DNA from: Candidatus Saccharicenans sp.
GTDB lineage: Bacteria > Acidobacteriota > Aminicenantia > Aminicenantales > Saccharicenantaceae
Reading direction: 5' to 3'
Assembly (NCBI GenBank): GCA_049719515.1
Contig: JBNARJ010000012.1
Coordinates: 2,823-66,822, forward strand
Length of the DNA: 64,000 nt
The notes beneath the pieces were generated by a model. The model was not told the origin of the DNA. It made no database searches and saw only the letters and a list, made by a program, of their open reading frames with translations. Of this stretch, positions 10,025 through 18,937 are shown piece after piece. A program made the position numbers and the translations under genes. Within the stretch, counting starts at the first letter, position 1. Each line of letters starts with the position of its first letter.

Positions 10025-10983
10025 AAACACTGATTTATCTGATAATTTATCCAGGCCTTCTCTTTTTATTTATCTATTCAACCTTCATAGAATGGTACGA
10101 CCGAAAACTCTATGCCCGGTTCCAGAACCGCATGGGGCCGACCCACACCGGTAAAGCGGGTATTCTGCAGCCGATCGCCGACTTTTTCAAGCTGATGGCC
10201 AAAGAAGATATAACTCCAGAAAGAGCTGATAAGGGCATGTTTTCCGCCCTGCCCGCTTTTGGACTGGCCATTGTGGCCACCGCCATGCTGCTGCTTCCGG
10301 TCTGGAACTACAGCCTGGACAGACCCTCTTTTACATCATTTAACGGAGATATCATCGTTCTCCTCTATCTTTTAAGCCTGCCGACCTTTATTTTCTTCCT
10401 GGCCGGCTGGTCTTCTACCAACCTTTTTTCCACCGTGGGGGCGGCTCGCGTGCTGACCATGCTTTTCGGTTATGAAGTGCCGCTTTTCCTTTCCGTGCTG
10501 AGCCCGGCCATCCTGGCCGGCTCGTGGCGGCTGGCAGAAATTGCCGCCTTTTACCGTGAACACCCGTTGCTCATCCTGGTCAACCTGCTCGGCTTTGTCA
10601 TTGCCTTAATCTGCGTGCAGGCCAAGCTGGAAAGAACACCGTTCGACATCCCGCATGCGGAAACAGAAATTGTCGGCGGTACCTTTACCGAATATTCGGG
10701 CAAAAAACTGGCCATCTTCCGCCTGATGATGGACGTCGAGATGGTGGTGGCCGCCGGGCTGCTGGCCACGGTTTTTCTGGGCGGCTTTCCAACCAATCCC
10801 TGGCTCGGCCTGATTTCCTTCATTTTAAAAACCATGTTCGTAATTTTCTTCCTCAGCCTTATACGAGCCACCACTTCAAGAATCAGAGTGGACCAGGTGG
10901 TGGCCTTTTCCTGGAAATACCTGGCTCCGCTGGCCGTGCTGCAGCTTTTAATCGTCATCATGGTTAAGGGGTTAATCTCATGA
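10012..10983 (+). CDS. NuoH/MbhM-like membrane subunit
   Basis: DRKLYARFQNRMGP, LQPIADFFKL, RTPFDIPHAETEIVGGTFTEYSG motifs. Confidence 0.93.
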   Translation: MATLKTLIYLIIYPGLLFLFIYSTFIEWYDRKLYARFQNRMGPTHTGKAGILQPIADFFKLMAKEDITPERADKGMFSALPAFGLAIVATAMLLLPVWNYSLDRPSFTSFNGDIIVLLYLLSLPTFIFFLAGWSSTNLFSTVGAARVLTMLFGYEVPLFLSVLSPAILAGSWRLAEIAAFYREHPLLILVNLLGFVIALICVQAKLERTPFDIPHAETEIVGGTFTEYSGKKLAIFRLMMDVEMVVAAGLLATVFLGGFPTNPWLGLISFILKTMFVIFFLSLIRATTSRIRVDQVVAFSWKYLAPLAVLQLLIVIMVKGLIS

Positions 10984-11378
10984 GGATCGGCGCTTTTATC
11001 CCGGAACTTTTTCGTCATCTATTCAGAAAACCGGCTACGGTGGATTATCCATTCACCAAACTGGAAGTCCCTTCCGGCTTCCGCGGTTCTCCTTATCTTA
11101 AACCCGAAACCTGCATTGTTTGCCGGGCCTGTGAGCGGGATTGTCCGGCTGAGGCTATCGAAATTCTCTCAATCAACGAAGCTGAAAAAAAATTCAAGAT
11201 GATCATTCACAATGACCGTTGCATTCACTGCGCGCAATGCGTGGATTCCTGCCCGACCGATGCCATGCAGATGGACACCAGGTTCGAAATATCCGACTAT
11301 GACCGGCACAACCTCAAGATGGAATGGGAATACGTCCGGGCGGTGGTCAAGCCCAAATCAGCCGAGCCTAAAGCTTGA
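10980..11378 (+). CDS. NuoI/MbhN-like 2x[4Fe-4S] ferredoxin subunit
   Basis: Two CxxCxxCxxxCP motifs (CIVCRACERDCP, CIHCAQCVDSCP). Confidence 0.93.
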   Translation: MRIGAFIPELFRHLFRKPATVDYPFTKLEVPSGFRGSPYLKPETCIVCRACERDCPAEAIEILSINEAEKKFKMIIHNDRCIHCAQCVDSCPTDAMQMDTRFEISDYDRHNLKMEWEYVRAVVKPKSAEPKA

Positions 11379-11471
11379 TTTATTTAAAGCAGTAAAATTT
11401 TTCTTGCCTGCGAGATGCCGATAGATTAAATTAGCTACTTGGTAAATCAGGAGAAAGAGGTAATAAGGCTA

Positions 11472-11975
11472 ATGACCTCCGACTGGCAAAATTACCTGAA
11501 AAAAGAATTGCGGGGGATGGAAAAAATCGTCATCTTGGGAACAGGGAACGCCCTGGAAGCCGATGATGCCGCCGGACTTTATGTGGCCAGCTTGCTTGAT
11601 GGCAAGCTGTCCAAATACCAGAAGTCCCGCATTAAAGTACTGAGGGCTTACGAGATAATCGATATCTACTTAAAAAAGATTAAAAGAATCAAGCCCAGCC
11701 ACCTGCTAATCGTCGACGCCGTGGATTTAAAGAAAAAGCCGGGAACTATTATGGTCGAAAGGCTCGATATAGAAAAAAAGCGAAAAAGAAAGATGGGGGG
11801 AGAATTCGCCAGCTTCATGGAAAAGCTGGCCAGTGAAGCTGCCTGCAAGATTTATATCATAGGCATTCAGCCGCAGAGGCTTGATTTTGGCCACCCGATA
11901 ACACCCGTGATAAAAGACGCCTGCCGCCTGCTGGCTGATTTTTTGTTTTCTCTTGTGCCAAGAAAGACTAAATAA
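11472..11975 (+). CDS. hycI: Hydrogenase maturation endopeptidase (HycI-like)
   Basis: ILGTGNALEADDAAG and LIVDAVD motifs; IIGIQPQRLDFG. The start could be 11439 or 11472. Confidence 0.8.
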   Translation: MTSDWQNYLKKELRGMEKIVILGTGNALEADDAAGLYVASLLDGKLSKYQKSRIKVLRAYEIIDIYLKKIKRIKPSHLLIVDAVDLKKKPGTIMVERLDIEKKRKRKMGGEFASFMEKLASEAACKIYIIGIQPQRLDFGHPITPVIKDACRLLADFLFSLVPRKTK

Positions 11976-12204
11976 TTTTCTATCCTAACTAAAATTAGTG
12001 TTAGCGCGGATACAACAAACAGCCCTCAATTACTTATGACCTAAAACAATATAATTAGCTAATAATTTATCCACTGCCTGGAAGTTAGCATGATAGGGGA
12101 CAGCCCTTCGGCCGGCTAACCGGACATTAAATTAGTGCTGACTTATTTGATAAGATTGCTCTTGAAATTTTGTCTGCAAGAAGCCCGGGAAAAAACCAGC
12201 TTCT

Positions 12205-13302
12205 TCAAATCTTCATCGGCATCAAAATATACAGGTAAGTGCCTTTTTCTTCCGGCTCTGGCTTTATCAACACGGCACTGTTTTCATCTTTTATCTCAAA
12301 GCGCACCTTTTCTGAGGACACTGTTCCCAGAAAGTCAAGCAGGTATTGAGCGTTAAACCCTATCTCCAGCTCTTTACCCTGATATTCTACCTCGAGTTTA
12401 TCCCGCGCTTCTCCTATTTCCGGGTTAGAAGAAAACATCCTTAATTCATCTTTCTCTATCTCGAATTTTATGCCCTTCGATTTTTCAGAGGAAAGCAGAG
12501 AAACTCTTTTGATGGCATTTATCAAGTTTTCGCGGTTTATCAAAAGTTTGTTCGGGTTGTCTTTCGGGATAACCGCCTGATAATTAGGAAATTTACTCTC
12601 TATGATTCTTGAAATGAGCATCCGGTTATTGACCCTGAAAAACAAGCTGTTATCGTCAAAATCAAAATCAATTTTTTCATCTTCAAATTTCTTCAGCTCG
12701 TTCAGCGTTTTTTTCGAGACGATCTGGTTTATTTCTTCATCCGTAATCAAATTCTCAAATTCGCGGCGATTATAAGCCAGGCGGTGCCCATCAGTGCTGA
12801 CCAGCTCGAGCTGATTTTTTCTGACCGACAGCAGAGCGCCGTTGAGGTAATATCTCTGCTCCTGAGTAATGGCATAGAGCACACAATCAATCATGTCCTT
12901 AAATTCGTTTAAATTAAAACTAATATTTCTTTCAAAACTGCATTCTGGAATGGGCGGGAAATCCTCTTCCTGAGCGGTAACAATTTTAATTTCACTTTCT
13001 CCGCTTTTAACAATCAGATAATCTTCCTTGCGCACAAAATCTATCGGCCTGTCTTCAGGCAGCAATTTAATAAAATCAAAAAGTTTACGACCGTTTACGG
13101 CGGCCACACCTTCTTTCTTTATTTCAGCCTCAAAATATGTTCTTAAACCAACCTCCAGGTCGGTCCCCATCATTACCACCCTGTCCTTTTCAGCTTTTAT
13201 CAGGACATTGGACAGTATAGGCATGGTCGTCCTTTTTTCCACAATACCCTGAAGGAGGCTTAACTCGTTAATAATATTGGATTTACTGGCTGAAAAATTC
13301 AT
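12205..13302 (-). CDS. dnaN: DNA polymerase III beta sliding clamp
   Basis: TTMPILSNVLI, GTDLEV, STDGHRL, FPNYQAVIP, YILMPMKI; directly downstream of dnaA. Confidence 0.98.
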   Translation of the reverse strand: MNFSASKSNIINELSLLQGIVEKRTTMPILSNVLIKAEKDRVVMMGTDLEVGLRTYFEAEIKKEGVAAVNGRKLFDFIKLLPEDRPIDFVRKEDYLIVKSGESEIKIVTAQEEDFPPIPECSFERNISFNLNEFKDMIDCVLYAITQEQRYYLNGALLSVRKNQLELVSTDGHRLAYNRREFENLITDEEINQIVSKKTLNELKKFEDEKIDFDFDDNSLFFRVNNRMLISRIIESKFPNYQAVIPKDNPNKLLINRENLINAIKRVSLLSSEKSKGIKFEIEKDELRMFSSNPEIGEARDKLEVEYQGKELEIGFNAQYLLDFLGTVSSEKVRFEIKDENSAVLIKPEPEEKGTYLYILMPMKI

Positions 13303-13416
13303 TTTTCCACCTTTCCTTGGTTTTTATATATCAATTAAAATTATAAATATCCAGTTAAAATAAAACAATAAAAATCATTGCAAAAGTGAAAAATTTTCCT
13401 ATCTGCTTGATTTTTC

Positions 13417-14748
13417 TCATTGTAAGAGGTTAATCAGAGTGTTGATTTCTCTGTTAATTTCCGGGTCTTCCTTGATTAATTTCTCAATTTTCCTGATGCT
13501 GTGGAGAACTGTCGTGTGGTGTTTGCCTCCAAACTTTTTTCCTATTTCTGGTAAAGAACTATCAGTCAGCTCTTTTGCCAGATACATGGCCACCTGTCTG
13601 GGGAAGGCCACCCGCGGAGAATTATTTTTCGACTTTAACTCGGTCGGTTTCAATTTGTAGTGGTTGCTTACAACTTTCTGTATTTTTTCAACAGTGATGA
13701 CATTGGCTGAGGCGTCAAGCAGGCCTTTTAAGGCTTCTTTGGCCAGCTCTAAATCAATCTTTGCTCCTTTCAAAGAAGCATAAGCGATAACTCTTCTCAG
13801 ATAGCCTTCCAGCTCTCTTATGTTTGAGTGAACCTTATCAGCGATATACAGGGCGACCGGTTCAGGCAGAACCACGTCCTCCAGCTCAGCTTTCTTTTTT
13901 AGAATGGCGATTCTGGTCTCGATGTCGGGAGGTTTCAGGTCGGCAATCAACCCCCATTCAAACCTGGAGCGAAACCTGTCTTCCAAGTGAGGAATGTCCT
14001 TTGGCGGACAGTCGCTGGAAATGACAATCTGTTTTTGAGAATCATATAAGTGATTGAAAGTATGGAAGAATTCTTCCTTGGTTCTTTCTCTGCCTGAAAT
14101 GTAATGGATGTCATCCATAAGTAATACGTCAACCGCGCGGTATTTCTGACGGAATTCAATTATCTTTCCGTACTGGAGGTGGTTGATCAAATCATTCATG
14201 AACCTTTCGGTCGTCACGTACATGACTTTAAGCTTGGCATTGTTGGCCATAATATAATGGCCGATGGCGTTCATCAGGTGAGTTTTTCCAAGCCCGGCGC
14301 CGCCGTAAATGTACAGGGGGTTGTAAGATTTAGCCGGGTTTTTGGCCACGGCCAGAGCGGCAGCATGAGCAAACTGATTGCATGAACCAACCACAAAATT
14401 TTCAAAAGTATAGGTCGGGTTTAGGTTGGCGGCCTGGACAATAGATTTTTCTATCTTTCGTTCCTCCGGGGAGTTCCTTAAGAAAGAATTTGGCGTATCG
14501 TCATATATGTATTTTATGTCAAAAACCTTATCGAAAAGCTGCCGCGAACACTCGTTTATCAGACGCGAATAGTGAAAACTGAGCCAGTCTTTAAAATATG
14601 AGTTAGGAACCTTAATGTACAGAGTGTCGCCTTCTTCCCCTATGTAAGTGGTAGGCTCAAACCAGGTGGAAAAAGCATTCTCGTCGACGCGGTTTTTTAA
14701 CTCCGCCAGTAATTTATTCCAGATATTAGCTTTATATTCTTGTTTCAT
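13417..14748 (-). CDS. dnaA: Chromosomal replication initiator DnaA
   Basis: LNPTYTFENFVVG, YGGAGLGKTHL (Walker A), DVLLMDDI, HHTTVLHS. Start reassigned to ATG 14748 (MKQEYKANIW). Confidence 0.98.
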   Translation of the reverse strand: MKQEYKANIWNKLLAELKNRVDENAFSTWFEPTTYIGEEGDTLYIKVPNSYFKDWLSFHYSRLINECSRQLFDKVFDIKYIYDDTPNSFLRNSPEERKIEKSIVQAANLNPTYTFENFVVGSCNQFAHAAALAVAKNPAKSYNPLYIYGGAGLGKTHLMNAIGHYIMANNAKLKVMYVTTERFMNDLINHLQYGKIIEFRQKYRAVDVLLMDDIHYISGRERTKEEFFHTFNHLYDSQKQIVISSDCPPKDIPHLEDRFRSRFEWGLIADLKPPDIETRIAILKKKAELEDVVLPEPVALYIADKVHSNIRELEGYLRRVIAYASLKGAKIDLELAKEALKGLLDASANVITVEKIQKVVSNHYKLKPTELKSKNNSPRVAFPRQVAMYLAKELTDSSLPEIGKKFGGKHHTTVLHSIRKIEKLIKEDPEINREINTLINLLQ

Positions 14749-14760
14749 GTCTGCCCGATA

Positions 14761-14794
14761 GATTTCCACAAAGATTTCCACAGTTGTGGAAATC
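14761..14794. promoter_or_regulatory. Three identical DnaA-box-like 10-mers (GATTTCCACA): candidate oriC / dnaA autoregulatory site
   Basis: GATTTCCACA at 14761-14770 and 14773-14782, inverted TGTGGAAATC at 14785-14794, followed by an AT-rich tract (about 14800-14895). Confidence 0.7.
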
Positions 14795-15085
14795 TTCCCT
14801 TTTAAATTTCTTTCCTTGAAAAGCTTCCAAAATATTATCAATTTCTGCACTGAATTTCAAGAAATTTTTTTTTATAAAAAATATTATTTTCAGTCAGAAT
14901 TCCGGTGATCTCCTCTCTGCCAGACCTTTGGCTGTCACCAAATTTTATACTGGGATAACTTGCTTTTTTCGAGCAAAGGTGCCGGTTAACCTTTTAGCCG
15001 GCGAGGGGTTGATTTATGCCGAGAAATATGTTATACAAATAACTCCAATAACCTACTGAAAATTCAAAGGAAAGAGAGAAGGACC

Positions 15086-15277
15086 ATGGCGAGAGAGTGT
15101 GATATTTGTCATAAAGGACCTATCTTCGGTCACAGCATCAGCCACTCTAACAAGGCTACCAACAGAAAATGGAGCGTTAACCTGCAGAGAGTTAAAGCCC
15201 GCACGGAAAACGGCGTCCGGAGAATTTGGGTTTGCACCCGGTGCCTTCGTTCCGGCAGGGTACAAAAAGCCGTCTGA
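15086..15277 (+). CDS. rpmB: 50S ribosomal protein L28 (Zn-ribbon form)
   Basis: MARECDICHKGPIFGHSISHSNKATNRKWSVNLQRV...VCTRCLRSG. Confidence 0.97.
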   Translation: MARECDICHKGPIFGHSISHSNKATNRKWSVNLQRVKARTENGVRRIWVCTRCLRSGRVQKAV

Positions 15278-15279
15278 GG

Positions 15280-17439
15280 TCAGCTCCTCTCCACCGAGTG
15301 AATATCTTTCAGTTTAGCAATACGTTTAATAATCTCGTTTAAATGGTTTATGTCTTTGATGGTTACTTCCAGGTTGATGGAAGCGTCTCCCTCACCGGAA
15401 GTGCTGACTTCAGCTTTAGTAATGTTCCCGTTTAGCTCGGCCACGGCCGTGGCCACCCGGGCCAGAACGCCAGGTGAGTCTTTTGAAGTGATGGTCAGCT
15501 TGGCTTTAAACCTTCCCTCGTAAGACGGGTCCCACGTCACCTCCACCAAACGCTGGCTGTCGAGAATTTCCTTGCTCACCAGGTAGCATCTTTGAGCATG
15601 GACGGTCAAACCTTTGCCGGAGGTGAGGTATCCAACCACGGGTTCTCCTTTGACCGGCTGGCAGCAGCGGGCCAGGGTAATCATCTGCTCTTGAAGATTG
15701 CGGATGACCAAACCGCCGGGCTGATGACGGCCGGTCAGAGAGTCGACCATTTTCTTGAAGAGACCAGAAACCGGTGGCTGACCCAAGGTGGCTTCTGCCG
15801 CCAGGCGTTCGACCAGCTTTCTGTTGATGATGACTTTACCCAGGCCGGCCAGGACGAAAAAGTCATCCATGGTCTGGATTCTTAGCTTTAATTCCTGCCT
15901 CAGCCGGTTTTTCAGGTTTTCTTCAGAGCGCAATTCAGCCGGCAGCTGATATTTACTGATTTCTTTTTCCCAGAGTTTTTTGCCCAGGGCGAGGGCCTTC
16001 TGGCGTGTTTTTAAATTAAGATACCTTTTGATGTTTTGTCGAGCCTGAGCGGTGGCCACCCAGTTCAGCCAGCTGCGGTTCGGTTCTCTCCCTGGCGCAG
16101 TAATGATTTCCACAATATCCCCGGTATGAAGCTGAGTTTTTAGAGGCATGAGCTCGCCGTTAATCCGAGCTTGTGACGCCTTAAGCCCTATTTCCGTGTG
16201 TATTTTAAAGGCAAAATCGAGTGCCGTTGCTCCCGGCGGCAGGGTTATTACTTTTCCCTTCGGGGTAAAGGCATAAATCTCTTCCGGGATCAGGTTAATC
16301 TTAAGGTTTTTTAGAAATTCTTTGGGATTTTTCTGCTCGCTGAACAGAGCGGCGATTTCCCTGAGCCACTGCAACCTCTGGTCTTCACTGGCCAGCCCGG
16401 TAGGTGCCCCCTCTTTATACTTCCAGTGAGCGGCAATCCCGTTTTCGGCCAGTTCGTGCATTTCTCGGGTTCTAATCTGGATTTCAAAAGTCTGTTTGTT
16501 TTCTGTGATGATGGTGGTATGCAGCGATTGGTAAAGATTCGGCTTGGGCATGGCGATGAAATCTCGAAAGCGCTGCGGCAGATGAGGCCAGCGCTGGTGA
16601 ATTATGCCCAGAGCGGCGTAGCAGTTTTTTACCGAGTCGGTAATGATGCGCAGCGCCAGGAAATCATAAACCTGGTCGAACCCCACCCCTTTTCTTTTCA
16701 TCTTGGTGTAGATGCTGTAAAGCCTTTTGATTCTGGACTGGATTTCGGCCGGGATGCCGTTTTCTTTTAAAACCTGCTCCATCTCCTTTTTTAATTTCTT
16801 TAGTTCTTTTTCGCCCTTTTTGAGCTCGGGCTCGACCAGGGCGACCATGCGAAAATATTCATCAGGCTCCACATAGCGAAAAGACAGGTCTTCCAGTTCG
16901 GCGCGTATTTTTCCCATGCCCAGCCGGTTGGCAATCGGAGCGTAGATTTCCAGAGTTTCCTGGGCGATCCTTTTCTGCTTGTCTTCGGGCAGGAAGTGCA
17001 GGGTTTTTAAGTTGTGCCAGCGGTCAGCCAGTTTGATGAATATAACTCGCAAGTCATCAGTCATGGCCAGGATGATTTTGCGGATGGTTTCCGCCCGCGT
17101 TTCCTCTGGCGTGGCGTCTTCTACCCTGGCAATCTTGGTCACGCCTTCGACCAGGTCGGCCACTTCCTTGCCGAAATTTTCCCTTATTTCCTGGATGGTA
17201 ACGTCTGTATCTTCCGGCACATCGTGCAACAGTCCGGCCACCAGAGTGGTCAGGTCAAGGTTCATATCGGCCAGAATGTTGGTCACTTCCAGCGGATGGC
17301 TGAGGTAGGGCTCGCCCGAACGGCGGATCTGCCCCTTGTGTGCTCGGGCAGCGAATATATAGGCTTTTTGCAGCTGGCGGATGTCTTTTTCCGAATACTT
17401 GCCCTGTATCTTTTCTACTATGTCGTCAAAACGAATCAT
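15280..17439 (-). CDS. rel: Bifunctional (p)ppGpp synthetase/hydrolase (long RSH)
   Basis: RRSGEPYLSHP, HD motif LLHDVPED, YQSLHTT, EIQIRT, TGS (FTPKG) and ACT domains. Confidence 0.96.
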   Translation of the reverse strand: MIRFDDIVEKIQGKYSEKDIRQLQKAYIFAARAHKGQIRRSGEPYLSHPLEVTNILADMNLDLTTLVAGLLHDVPEDTDVTIQEIRENFGKEVADLVEGVTKIARVEDATPEETRAETIRKIILAMTDDLRVIFIKLADRWHNLKTLHFLPEDKQKRIAQETLEIYAPIANRLGMGKIRAELEDLSFRYVEPDEYFRMVALVEPELKKGEKELKKLKKEMEQVLKENGIPAEIQSRIKRLYSIYTKMKRKGVGFDQVYDFLALRIITDSVKNCYAALGIIHQRWPHLPQRFRDFIAMPKPNLYQSLHTTIITENKQTFEIQIRTREMHELAENGIAAHWKYKEGAPTGLASEDQRLQWLREIAALFSEQKNPKEFLKNLKINLIPEEIYAFTPKGKVITLPPGATALDFAFKIHTEIGLKASQARINGELMPLKTQLHTGDIVEIITAPGREPNRSWLNWVATAQARQNIKRYLNLKTRQKALALGKKLWEKEISKYQLPAELRSEENLKNRLRQELKLRIQTMDDFFVLAGLGKVIINRKLVERLAAEATLGQPPVSGLFKKMVDSLTGRHQPGGLVIRNLQEQMITLARCCQPVKGEPVVGYLTSGKGLTVHAQRCYLVSKEILDSQRLVEVTWDPSYEGRFKAKLTITSKDSPGVLARVATAVAELNGNITKAEVSTSGEGDASINLEVTIKDINHLNEIIKRIAKLKDIHSVERS

Positions 17440-17465
17440 ATTGTAACCTGCAGAGCTAAATGGGC

Positions 17466-18476
17466 TCAGATGCTAAACGAGCCAAGCTCTACCACTTTTT
17501 GGAAAACTTCCTCGGGAGATATGCTCTGGAGGCAACGATGGTCATAGGGGCAGTTTTTGTAGGAACAGGGCGCGCAGGGTGCGGGTTTCTGGAACACGTG
17601 AACGGGTGGCAGAACCGGGCCGCACAGCCTGTAATCGGTGGGTCCGTAAAGGGCAACAACCGGCCGTCCGAGCGCGTTGGCTAAATGAGTTAGACCACCG
17701 TCGTTACCCACAAAAACTCTGGCCAGGGCCAGCAGCCCGGGCATGCTTTCCAGCGGCCATTGTCCGGCCAGATTATGGGCATGACCGTCAGCCCCGGAAA
17801 CTATTTTTTCACACACTGCCTGGCTGGCGGGAGAGCCAACCAGAACAATCCGGGCGGGCAGGCGGGAAAGTTTCCGGACAAGTTCGAGCTGGTAGCTTAA
17901 AGGCCAGACTCTGGACAACCCCCAGCTTGAGCCAGGTTTCAGGATGATTAAATCTTCGCCTGAAAAATCTCCGGCCTGGCTTAACTGTTTTCTGGCTTCT
18001 GCCACGTGCGTTTCGGCCAGAACAAGATTAGCTTTAGCCCCGTCGATTTGAAGGCCAAGTTTTTGAAGCAGGCTGAGGTAATAATCCATTAAATGAAGAG
18101 GCGGGTCGGTAAACTTCACCCGAATTTTTTTGGTGAGCATGAAGCCGCGGTTTTCCCGGTCATATCCCCAGCGTTCAGGAATTCTGGCCAAGTAAACAAG
18201 CAAGGCGGCTGCGAAAGAATCATCCAGCAGGATAGCCAGGTCAAAACGCTGCCTGGCCAGGAGCTGGGAGGTGGATTTCAATTTTTTTATGTCTTTAACC
18301 TCACCCAGCCGTATCAGAGAAAATTCTGGAAGGAGCTTGCTTAGCAGTCCGGCATAAACTTCGTTTACAGCCAGGGTGATTTGACTGGCCGGGAAATTCT
18401 TGTTTATGGCCCGCAGTGCAGGCAAAGACAGGATGGAACTGCCCAGCTGCCTTGGGAAAAAAACCAGGATTTTCAT
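17466..18476 (-). CDS. waaF: LPS heptosyltransferase II-like glycosyltransferase (GT9)
   Basis: FDLAILL, FVGNDGGLTHLANALG, VALYGPTD, PCAPCSYKNCP motifs. Confidence 0.85.
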   Translation of the reverse strand: MKILVFFPRQLGSSILSLPALRAINKNFPASQITLAVNEVYAGLLSKLLPEFSLIRLGEVKDIKKLKSTSQLLARQRFDLAILLDDSFAAALLVYLARIPERWGYDRENRGFMLTKKIRVKFTDPPLHLMDYYLSLLQKLGLQIDGAKANLVLAETHVAEARKQLSQAGDFSGEDLIILKPGSSWGLSRVWPLSYQLELVRKLSRLPARIVLVGSPASQAVCEKIVSGADGHAHNLAGQWPLESMPGLLALARVFVGNDGGLTHLANALGRPVVALYGPTDYRLCGPVLPPVHVFQKPAPCAPCSYKNCPYDHRCLQSISPEEVFQKVVELGSFSI

Positions 18477-18483
18477 CTGCTAA

Positions 18484-18512
18484 ATCTTAATCTGGAAACC
18501 GGAGAAAGTCAA
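18484..18512 (-). promoter_or_regulatory. Sigma70-type promoter of waaF-rel (probably leaderless)
   Basis: Minus strand TTGACT-17 nt-TAAGAT, then 7 nt, then the ATG; no SD sequence. Confidence 0.6.
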
Positions 18513-18518
18513 AAATCA

Positions 18519-18800
18519 TTACTTGTTAGCCGCCGAGCCGGCTTCCTTTTTTTCTGACGAAGGTTTGTCTTCTTTTCCGTTTCTGTGGCCGTTAGACCCG
18601 TTTCCTCCCGAAGGAGAATTTTTATGGGCATAATCGGTGATGTACCAGCCAGAGCCTTTAAACTGGATAGCGGGTGAAGAAACCAGGCGCGTCAGGTGCC
18701 CGCCGCACTTGGGGCAGGTATCTAAGCTTTTATCATTAATTTTCTGTAAAATTTCAAACTGATGGTGGCACTTGTCACAACGATATTCGTATATCGGCAT
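18519..18800 (-). CDS. FmdB-family zinc-ribbon protein
   Basis: MPIYEYRCDKC...CPKCGG...FKGSGWYITDY; SD AAGGAG 8 nt before ATG 18800. Confidence 0.92.
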   Translation of the reverse strand: MPIYEYRCDKCHHQFEILQKINDKSLDTCPKCGGHLTRLVSSPAIQFKGSGWYITDYAHKNSPSGGNGSNGHRNGKEDKPSSEKKEAGSAANK

Positions 18801-18937
18801 GGCCACATCTCCTTATCCAGAATTTGAAAATACATTATAGCAAAAAAGTCAAACAGCAGTAATAGATGCTCCAGGGCAAAAAGGCCCCCTCGGCTTCCTG
18901 GAAAGTCCCCCCTTTTATTCTGTCAGCAAAAAATGAT

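Noticed and set aside
14749-14850. N-terminal extensions given by the ORF track for dnaA (also for pstC, the porin, mlaF, rplI, the NuoK-like gene and DUF1573)
   Set aside because: Downstream ATGs match family N-termini, have an SD or form stop/start overlaps, so the longer starts are artefacts of longest-ORF calling.
16105-16114. Fourth copy of GATTTCCACA
   Set aside because: It lies inside rel and encodes V-E-I on the coding strand. It is isolated, so it is explained by codon usage.
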